Part shown: positions 41,423-51,627 of the stretch, piece by piece | Layout: the number at the start of each line of letters is the position of its first letter | Position numbering within the stretch: the first letter of the stretch is position 1 | Source: Marsupella aquatica | Taxonomy: Eukaryota; Plantae; Marchantiophyta | Direction of reading: 5' to 3' | Length of the DNA stretch: 64,000 nt | Assembly: GCA_973895155.1 (NCBI GenBank) | Contig: OZ316891.1 | Coordinates: forward strand, 22,587,884 to 22,651,883 | Position numbers and translations under genes: made by a program | Notes under the pieces: generated by a model | Databases searched by the model: none | Told to the model about the DNA's origin: nothing | Seen by the model: the letters and a program-made list of their open reading frames with translations, nothing else

Positions 41423-41720
41423 TTTTTGATCAGACTGCCATAGAACCAAAAGGCCAAACCTGGAGACATGATCCCAATAAAAGGAAGCAAAGAAAAGAAA
41501 TTTGGGAGGAAGCTCAACGAACCAAAAAGCCCACAAGTCCTCCCCAGTAGCAACGGGATTAACGCCCTACTGGGCAGTAACCTGACAAATTTGGTAAAAC
41601 TTTGGTAGAGCATAGAAAGGTCACCAAAAAGCGCTTTTTCTGGAGGCCCTAAACCAAACAAACTCCTTCCCAAGCAATTTGTCTAGAGGCCTTAAAACAA
41701 ACAAACTATATTCCAAAGAA
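41423..41720 (-). mobile_element. A-tailed non-coding retroposon fragment sharing its 3' motif with the CRE-like element (5' limit uncertain)
   Basis: The minus strand reads GGGATCATGTCTCCaggtttggc..ggcagtctgatcAAAAA. The CRE-like element reads GGGATCATGTCTCCcagttcggc..ggcagtttgat..ctatcAAA. Confidence 0.5.
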
Positions 41721-41969
41721 AAATGAATGTGTCAGCCCTCAGATTGCAAAGAAGATACACTGTGTAAAAGGAGGAGTGATTTTATCATGTAAATTTTAAG
41801 AATATTCTAAGCATCCTTGTGTACTTTGGGCTACTGCACTGTTGACAAGAGGGCGGATGCCAAAGGGCTAGAGGGGTATGGATGCAGGGCTACTTGCCCT
41901 CATTTTAGTGGATGACTATGATATAGAAGTTGCTGAACTTGGTGAGCAATTTCAAAACGAATTGGAGGG

Positions 41970-43390
41970 GAAAAAAGATGGTAAGTCATATACGCATAGT
42001 GCGTGTCAAGATTTTTTCACATACAGCGCAAAAAAGATGGTAAGTCATAAGAGCATATGTGCATGTCAAGATTTTCAGGCAAAAATGCAACCAAGGAGAT
42101 TTTCACATACAGCGCAAAAAAAATGGTAAGCCATAAGCGCATATGTGCATGTCAAGATTTTCAGGCAAAAATGCAAGAAAGGGCACCGAGCACAGTGGCA
42201 AGTAAATTCAAACTTGGCACTGCAGATTCAGATTTCAAGGGAACCTACTGTTGCCACTTGCACAACATTTGTGCATTCCTTACAAATTGAACCAAGCCTA
42301 AGCATTCCAGTAGTATTCCAAAAACTATTGTCCCATTGTCTAGAGGTGGGATTCATTCACTAAGTGCATGAGGAATGCATTCCACCAAGGGGGTTAGGCC
42401 CTGTCATTAAACCTCAGCTGCCCTTTCAAAAGTTCCCGGTTACAGGTTAGGATCCAAACTTCACTTTTAACAGTAAACTTCTCCCAAAATCGTGGAGCAG
42501 TTTGGCACCTTAGAGGGAAGAAGTTAGTGGAATGTGGGAAAGGTCTTCCGCACTTCCCCCCTTATATGTGGGCAGTTATGGTTTAGAAAAAATAAACATT
42601 GAGTAAGAAACTTATTAGACATCTAGTTCACACCAGCATAAGACCTGGAAAAGTCTTGGACACTTCCCCCTAATATGTGGGCAATTGTGGTTAAAAATAG
42701 ATAAACATTGATTAAGAGACTTATTAGACACCTAGTTCACACTAGCATAAGACCTACTTGCCAAAAGCAGTCTTATTTTCACTGCCCAACTATTGAGGAG
42801 TATGACTGTAGTTTGAGTTGAAAGCCTTTGTACACTGGTGGTCCCTTGGCCCGTTTGGGTGCCAGTGGGCTTTTCAATCCATTCGTGCCTTCACATTCTC
42901 TATCTGCTTCGAAATCACCATGAGCAAAGTTGTTGTGAAGGCTTTTTCAATTCATTCATGCCTTCACACTCTCTATCTGCTTCAAAATCACCATGAGCAA
43001 AGTTGTTGTAAAAGCTTTTTTCAGTCCATTTGTGCCGTCACATTCTCTATCTGCTTCGAAATCACCATGAGCAAAGTTGTTGTAAAAGCTTTTTCAATCC
43101 ATTCGTGCCTTCACATTCTCTATCTGCTTCGAAATCACCAAGAGCAAAGTTGTTGTAAAAGCTCTCGTTAGAGATCTATCTCGCACTGTATTTCAACCCT
43201 CACAATGAGTAAAGTCGAACGAAGCTCTTGTTGGAGAGCATTCTGTTTGCTCTCAATCTCATTTCCTAATGAGGGGAGCAAAGGTCGGAGACAACATGTT
43301 TGAGTAAAGTCAAAAGAAGCTCATGTTGGAGACCATTCTATCTAGCTATCGATCTCATTTCCTAATGATGGCAGCAAAGCTCGAAGACAA
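41970..43390. repeat. Series of tandem duplications downstream of the villin-like gene
   Basis: aaaaagatggtaagtcata..gtcaagatttt x3 (~41970-42175); ~110-bp x2 (~42541-42755); 73-bp x4 (~42870-43163); tgagtaaagtc..tctcatttcctaatga x2 (~43205-43390). Confidence 0.85.
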
Positions 43391-43464
43391 GATATTTCAC
43401 AGACTGAAACCTGCCTCGGCCATAAAATTGAGCTCGCCCATCAGTTTGGCATCAATCTGAGTCT

Positions 43465-44923
43465 TCATTCAGCAGAGGGAGTCTTGATTTGATTTTGTAC
43501 ACTGTGAGTATAGCTGTTCTCTCCGAGGGGTCCAAAACCTCCGAGGAGGCTCCAGAACTGAGCATCCTCTCCTTCCTCTTCACCATCGTGGATGATTACA
43601 CCATCTACATTTCCTTCATGATTGTTGTCTTTAAGCTGCTGGACCACTGCCATAGCCTTCCCCTTCTCTCCTATGCTTGCTTTGGCACCATTGAACTGGA
43701 AGATGTTGTCCTGAGTGTCCAGAATGAAGATGTCATCGTGGTTGAGGAAGTCTCTGGACACCGGAACCTCTGTCACACGTACGGCCATTCCAGTACCCTT
43801 CACTACAAACATCTTGGGCTCGAAAACCTCCGCCTCCACCTTCTTGAATCCGGAGGCCACCCCTTGAAAATCCCAAGATTACCACAAGTCAGCCATATGA
43901 TTCAGTCTTTGTAACATCATCACCAGCCCAGCATTGGCACAATTTGCACCCAGACAGCGTATTATCTTCAGCCATTGAAGTTCTAATACCCCTAGAAACA
44001 CAAACTATGTCACCGAGAATACAATCCTGAGAGTTTTTTTTACTCTAAGTCCTTCATTTGAATTCTGCAATTGCAAAAGCAATGTCAATCCCTTTGCATC
44101 ATCGATTCCTGAAATGGTGGTGTGCTAAGCTCCTTCAACAATAATCATACAACAACGAATGACTAATTGGATTTATAGCTTCCGGGCACCCGAACCCGAG
44201 CCATGGGATTGACATTCTACAACGATTTCTATGAATTAATCAGAGGTCACTTGGGAAAGCAAACTTCCTACTCTTTGATCACCCACTTTCTCCCCTCGGA
44301 GTACGGAGAAGAACCAACGAATGGATGGATTTAAATGTTCCGGGCACCCAACCCTGAGCGATGGGACCGACATTGTACACATTTCTATGAATCCAAAAGC
44401 AGGATTTGTTACTAATTGCCGCCGATGGGCAGCGGAATCAGAAAAAAAGAACTCTCTAAGAGATCGGAATCCCTGATCTAACGCAGATGCCCAACAAAGT
44501 GACATTCACAAATAGATTTGAGTCATAAAAAACAGAGAATGTAAATAAGGCCACACCTCCTTCTTTGGGGACTATGCAAGGCTTGAAGTAGTGGAGGAAG
44601 AGGTCGGACTCTTGCCCTTGCAGCTCCCTGTACTGGACAGCCTTATCGCCCAGATACTGGTCCAGCTCCACGGTTTTGATTGCAGCAGTGCCCTGCTCGT
44701 CTTGGCTCGTGCTCTTCCCGAGCCAGAAGTGGACGTCATACTTGAGACTGCCGCTCTGGGTTTCTGTTGTCTTCAAGACAATGTACGAGTCTCCGTTGTA
44801 GAACGTCCCGTAGTCGGACTTCTTCAGCGGCACGGGCTTGAAGTCCTCGATCCGCCAGATCTCGATCCCTGCTGCCTTGCCGGCTCCCTGGAACGCTTCA
44901 TCAACGACTGCTCCGTCCCCCAT
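43465..44923 (-). CDS. Short villin/gelsolin-like protein (G1+G2 only), 2 exons: 44923-44557 and 43862-43465, 254 aa
   Basis: The spliced frame reads [65 protein letters not shown]|[22 protein letters not shown] and [12 protein letters not shown] 694-nt GT-AG intron restores the frame, giving 765 nt in total. Confidence 0.85.
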
Positions 44924-46133
44924 GGCTAACTGTAAACCTGCTGCAGCTGTAACTCTGCCCAATTCACACTCACAACGTCTCCAAAATAGACTGCAATTCT
45001 CCGCAGGCGTTGAGCTGGAGAGACCCAATACAGAACCGGAAACGATGGAGCGACCCAGATCCAGAACCGGCTGACGAGGATTGAGGATCTAACAGCCCAA
45101 TCGGCCACAATAAAGCGAGCGATCCAATGTCACGACGACAGGCAGCAATGGAGTGTGATCTGTCACCACAACCAACAATGGAGCGAGATATGTGACAAGA
45201 GCAACGGATTTTGTAGAGCTGGGTTGGACCCAAAAAACGCGTCAAAATCAAATGCCGCCCCCCAAGCACAACCAAGACCAATGCAGCAACTGAAGAATAT
45301 CTCAAGAGGCAACAATCGGTCGGTCCAATGCCACAATGGGCAGCAAAGCCTCAGTCTGCCGACACCGTACTGAATGACTTGGGCGGAAAACAATATTTAC
45401 TTCCCACGTCATCCCAATACAGTACAGTAGTGGGAGCTGTTGCAGAGTCATGCAGTGTTTCCCTTCCCACGGAAATCAGCTGACAACCCAGATCATGCTC
45501 TCTTGATGGAGCATCCTCATTCAAAGATGCCCACCTCGATGAATCTTCCAATTTGATCGGATGTCCCGGAATGGGTCACCCGCTGAGTGGATAAAGACGT
45601 TGGAAAAGCCCCACAGCCTCTGTGGTCACCGACCTGTTGATCTCAGACCCTGTTTAGGCTGTTGACTGCTGATATATAGATTGTGCATCGTGGACTATCT
45701 TCTGTTTTGGGAATCCATAATATTCCTGACTCCCCTATTCTCGAATGCCATTTCGAGATTTTGGAATAGGAACCTCCCCTGCAACTCTACATAAACATTC
45801 ACCGACCAGGGACTCGAGACCCATGGGACCCAGAGAATCAGCGTGCCTTCTGCTGAGAAGCAGCTCTTATCCTATGTGGTAGAAGAACCGACTACGAAGG
45901 CAGCCAAATGAGGTGTTTTGACTTATGCAGTGCGGATGCATGTTTGCATGGGACTCCCGAGTAAACCAGGTCCAACAATAGGCCATTGAAGCGGATTGGT
46001 ATATGCATCTGATATCGCTCTGATTTGCAGAAACAATCACCCACGTGGTTGATGCTCTGAAATCGTAATTGTGACGAATATGGATAATTCACATAAATGT
46101 AGGAACAAGCAAGGCTCAAGCTAGATTGATATT

Positions 46134-49100
46134 CTTTGATAGGGTCTCACAAGCAAAACAACCCAATAAAGAAGCATATCAAACTGCCAAAAGACAGAGG
46201 GCGCCGAACTGGGAGACATGATCCCTCAGGCAAAAGACCCAATCAAGGGGGGAGACCACCAAGGGGCCAAGAAAAGCAAACCCAAAGACAGGAACCCAAG
46301 CGCCTACCTATCAGCAAACTGGAGAGCCTGGTAAAGCTCCGGTGTGAACTGCATGGGGGGGTCAAGCAAAGGAATCCTACTAGCGGCCCTAAGACCAACA
46401 GCCTCCCCCCTACGAAGAATAGTGAATGCCTGTGCCCGCTGAAGCGCAACAGACACCCTCTATCTAAAGAATGCAGTGATGACCAACACAGGGGGATAGG
46501 GCCTCCGCTCGACGTACTGAACTGCACAAGAGCGAAGAAACGGTCAAAGGATGGGTGTAGCGCCCCAAAGACCTCCACAGCAAATGGATAGAAGAGGTCC
46601 CCGGGGTACCGCACAGCATAGGCCTCCTCCTTCAGCCAAGCTGCCCTCGCGGCGGCATGGCCTGGTATATGAGCCGCCGAAGCCACATTGGCCCCACTAG
46701 TCGGATTAGCAACAACAACATCCTTAAGGGCACAAACACCAGCGCGAGAGAATACCAAATCTGCTCGACGACGATCAGAAACCCCATCCCGTGGAGGTAA
46801 CACATGTCTCTGTTCCATCATGACATGGTAACCAGAATCACGGGCAATGGCCGCCACCACGTCCTGAATGTCGTCGTGTGTCACAGTCCTCTCACTACCA
46901 TGACCGCACCTGAGAATGTGAATGCCTTGCCCATCAAGGGGCGCTCCACAGACGCAAGTGGGCTGACCCAAGAGGCAAGGGTGAGGAAGACCCAACCAAA
47001 GCGCGTGGATGTGGTAAAAATATAAGAACTCATATGAAAGGGGGCCCAAAGAGGACTCGCCGATAGCCAAGCCCCCGAACCAGCGCCCAAACCGGATAAA
47101 AGACGTGCCCGTACCAAATCCGAGGGTGCCTCAGAAAGCATGTTGGAAAAGGTGTGTCGGTGCATGCGATCAGAAATCACCTGTTGGACTCGATCCGGGC
47201 TGTCCAAAACAACTCCCTCGAAAGCAGGGACCACGCTCTGCACATCCTCCGACAATAATGACCGTGCATGACAAAGCTGGACCTGAAAAGGGAGAGCTCC
47301 GTTCTCCACTCCCATGACCAAGTCAGAGAGGATAGGCCGAAGGTCCACAATGAAGCGAGAGGCCAGGGCAGGGGCCACCTGCGCCCAACTACCAAGAAAC
47401 GCGCAAGGGGCAGTGTCCACTGCCGAGGCCACCCCCATACCACCTCCCGATGGGGGTAACGCAGCCTGCCTAGCCGCAAAAGAACCATCCTCTCCATCAA
47501 GGGCTCCCGGACCAATGAGGTGACCAAAGACTCTCATAACAGTGGTGTCAAATGAAGAGAGTAAGGACAGGAACATCGTGGTAGGAGGGACTGTCCGGAG
47601 AAGATAGGAGGGACGCCGAACAAAACAAAGGACCAGGATCAAAAAGGAGATTTGGGCATCCCACAAGGACGCCAACTGGTCAATGTGCAAAACGTCCTGG
47701 GATAGGGCCGCTAGAAGAAAATCCTGCTCAAAGATCGCTCCCCCAAAAGGCACCCCAAGGACTCTAATGCTCTCGAGCCGAATGGGTATACCAAGAGGTG
47801 GGGTGAAAGAGTGGGGGAGGGGGAGACGAGACCAAACCCCACACTTCCAAGGCTGAACTGAAAGACCAATGAGGGTAAGCTGGTCCACAAAGTGGGAATA
47901 GGCATCCCCAACAAGCGAGACCGGGGCAACAATGTGAGTGTCATCCGCAACAGAAGGAAACATGCAACCCGGGAAGGCAGCCAAAGAGGCACGAATAGCA
48001 CGAAGGTGCGCCATAGCAAACAACGCCCCACCAAGGGGGTCACCCTGCCTAGTCCTGGACTCGGATGAGATGGTCACATAGGACCCAGGAACAAGATGGT
48101 CAGGGTAAACCAGGGGGTCGGGGCCCCATAGAAGGCCCGGGCAAAGGGGATGAGGGATGTGATCTCCCCTCCAACGGCCCGCAACTCCTCAAACATGACC
48201 CGACGGGATACAGAGTTGAATGCGTTAGCCACATCCACCTGAATAACCGCCCAGTTGGGGTGGATATCCAAGATGGCACGAAGGCCATGCACCACCCTCT
48301 CGCAACCGCCACGGGTGGCCACACCAAACTGGTGAGGAAAAAAGTGTGATGAAAAGGGAGCCCGAGTTTGCAGACAAACACAACGGCTCACCAAGCGAAA
48401 CAAGACCTCCCCGATGGCCAAGGGCCTGACACCCCCAGTCTCTTTGGCCATAGCCAGAAGCCGACAGGCCCCCAAAAGCCGAGCGACCACAGGAGGAATA
48501 CGGCCCCCCGCTACATGGGCACAAACCTGGAACAACTCAGAAAAACCAGATGTCGAGTTGTCGAGACAAAAGCAATCGCGTAGGTGCTCGAACCTTATCC
48601 CAGAAATCCCGCCCGCAGATAGGCGGGGTAGATGAAGGAAGACAGAGGAGAACACCTCACGGGATAGGGAGAACTCGGCCTCAGGGGTAAAGCTCCCGAG
48701 GAAACAAGGAACCTCAGAAGCAACCGGGGGATGAAGAGACCATAAGGCAAGAACGGTCTCGGCTGAAGGAGGAGAGGGGAGAGGGGGACCAAGGAGCGGG
48801 CGGCCCGAAAAACTCCCCCGCCTGCCCTAATAGAAGGCACTGGCGAAACCTGCGCTGCACTGGAGGGACAGATGGCTCCTCGACAGGCTCAGAGGTCCGA
48901 GGGGCCATCGCTAACAACCTATAATAATACTCCTCATGAAGCGAAGCCCAATCCCCAGAAAGGAACCGCTGCAACCGGACCAAGGTCTCCCTATGCCCGG
49001 ACGACCCCCCCCCCCCCCCGCGGAGGAAGGGACCAGCACCCAATGAGGGAGCAGGAGGAGCAAGGACCAAGCCCCAACATCTGAGGGGTCGCGAGCCAAG

Positions 49101-50308
49101 CGGTCGAAGGGAAGACGAAAGGCTCTCTGAAGGAGAGGCCGCACGGGCACGGGAATCCTTGTAAACAAACGGGGATGCCGAAAACCGGGATAGAGGGCAG
49201 CAAGGACATCAAGGTGAGCCAACCAATCCCAAGAGGAGGGAGGGGGCCCAGATGGAGGTGGGGGGAGGACGGGGGGTGGAGGCAAGGTGGAGGAGGAAGC
49301 ACGAAGGGGAGGACAGGAACGACGGTGGCGTGTCAAACCTGACGACCGGTACCAACTATGACAAGCATCGCACTGGACACGGGGATCAGAAGGGGAAGTG
49401 GGAGGTGAGGAGGGATGATGGCGACGGACGGAAAGAGGAGTGGAGCAGGGGGAAGCCGGTGGGCGCGGAGTGGGGGGAGGGGAACTCAGAATGGGAAGAG
49501 GCTCCATGAGAAAATGAAAATATAAAACAGGGATAAAGAAGAAACATATAAAGTAGATAAGTCAAACAAAAACAAACAGAAAATATTACGAAAGCAACAA
49601 CAAAAACAAAGGCAAAGGATGGATGACCGAAGCAAAGAACCTCGACCCGGTAGTGACAACAACCGCACGTCGAAAAGGACCGCCGCAGCCCCGCGCAAAG
49701 GAAGCTGTCGCGGAGGCACCCCCTCTGGACAGAACACCAAGAAGCCACACCACAACATGCCCCCCAGGTCACGAACCAACCCCGGCTCAGAGCCAGGAGA
49801 AAAAGCGCCAACCCCGGGCCAGGCCAGGGCCAGTCACCAGGCTGGAGCAGAAATCCAACCAGCAGAGAAGGCTCCCAAGCACCAAAACCTCCCCGCCAAA
49901 CAGAGCCGAGGGGCCCGGAAAACAGCGCCCAAAGGGCCAAAGCCAGCAGTACGGGGAGCACCGAAAGAGGAGAACCAAGGATGAAAAGCCCTAGGCCAAC
50001 AACCCACACGAAAATCCTGATAAAGGGGGGGGGGGATCCGAGTCACCCCAGCGGAAGGAGCCCCTCTCCGAGGGGCAGGGGGTCCCTCATAATGAGGCCC
50101 CTGCGCACGCACCTCCCTGGCTCCGCCACGCGTCAGCCCCCACAGCATGTCAGCGCCCAGCCGCGGGCAACCCGGCTCACCCCCGCCGCGCTCGACCTCG
50201 CTCGCCGGACCCTCCCGCCACTCACTTGCTCCCCCGCTCCTCCCGACCCCGGCTCGCGCGACTGCCGCTCCGCCTCCGATCTGCTCCGCTCCCGCTGCCG
50301 CTCCGCTT
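46134..50308 (-). mobile_element. Non-LTR retrotransposon, CRE-like clade (ZnF + RT + CCHC + restriction-like endonuclease), degraded
   Basis: N-terminal CxxC..HxxxC finger. RT motifs GGVRPLAIGE, QFGV, DVANAFNSVSR, RQGDPLG, ADD and VLGVPFG. CVCG..H..C and REL motifs THD, RRADL, KDV and FYPFAVEVFGAL. There are several frameshifts and a stop codon, a GC-rich 5' UTR, and a 3' end ctatcAAA. No clear TSD was found. Confidence 0.88.
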
Positions 50309-51627
50309 AAAGTCTGCAATTGGCTTCACGCATTGTCATGCTTGTGCAGTCATGTTTTCGCCAATCATCTGCACTTAGGTAATATCCATGGAGCACCTGC
50401 CAACAAGTCTTTGGTGCAGTAATCTGACAAATCAGCTGAGGATTGTTCATCCTGCCTGTGAATTCAACCCAGAGAATTCAACCCAGAGAAGTAGTTTGAG
50501 GGAGGATACAAGTGCGAACAGTTAGCAACCAAATAAAGGGAGGAAAGAGTAAACAATGAAATATGAATAATCGAGAAGCTTAGAATTTAAGAATTTCAGA
50601 AAAGTACGGACGAGCACGGCCAAGACCTAGGCCTCCCAAAATCTAGGAGTATACTTCACCTCTTTACCCCCAAAATCCCAAAGGTTTAGAAATTGAATTT
50701 ATGATTTCCTTAGTACGTGTTGTTCGCTACATAGTTTGCAGAATTGCTAGGAGTCTCTCATTTTCAACATTTTGCTCCACACTAATGTACATCACGTTGA
50801 GACACTAGTAGGCACTTGTCTGTTATTGTTATTCCCAAACCCTCTGGCAAAGGTGGATGGATGAGAGAAACAAATTAAATATGAACCACTCACCAGACAC
50901 TTATCACACTCCGAAAGACCCAATCAATGCCTTCGCACATTATACCCCACTTGAATGGTCTGAAACATGATTGCCCGAGAACTTTCTGGACATGACCCTT
51001 TCCTTAAACTACCCCTGCAAGCTTAGCTTCGATACTAACGCTTCCATGGGCTCCCACCCGAAGGCGATCAGGGTATCCAATCGCAATATTACTGAGGAAC
51101 TCTCCGCGTAGAAATTACCCACTCAACACCTTGAAGTTACAGTTCCTGGTCCGGTCCTCTTTTCGTTTCACCTTTGGTTTTCCTCAATTAATGGCCATTT
51201 CGACAAAAATTCGTCAAGGCTATGGGGAGATCAGCAATGCAACACGCTTAAGACGTTTTCAGTAATCTAAATCTTCCCCTAAATTTCTGAAGCGCCTTGA
51301 TGGCTATTAAGGAAGTGATCGCGTCAGATTCTCGTTTTATTTTCATTTTCAATTACGGAAGTCGATCGTCTGTACTGCAAGGTATCAAGATGCCTGTTCT
51401 CCAGGGTCCTGCGTGTCGACGTTCAGATCCAGAGCACTTTTCATGTCGTAATTTGATTTGCATTTATAACTGTGGATGTACAAATCTTAATGTGTAAGAA
51501 ACCTGAAAATATCACGATGGTTGCTAAGCAGCGACCCCGCAGGAGACCTCTTCCAATCACTGATATGATTGCTCACATATTGGGAGAATCTCCTTACAAT
51601 CTCGACATCTCAAACATTTATCAGACC

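Noticed and set aside
43871-43884. 13-nt match (tggtaatcttggg) between the villin intron 3' end and the repeats after xylulose kinase
   Set aside because: It is too short, does not extend, and is compatible with chance.
45800-45865. tRNA/SINE-like A and B boxes on the minus strand (ggtctcgagtccc)
   Set aside because: The boxes are imperfect and no cloverleaf can be folded.
49386-50319. 207-aa hydrophobic and 161-aa Gly/Ala-rich ORFs in the retroelement 5' region
   Set aside because: They are low-complexity by-products of GC-rich and U-rich UTR composition with no domain signature. The 207-aa frame starts at GTG.
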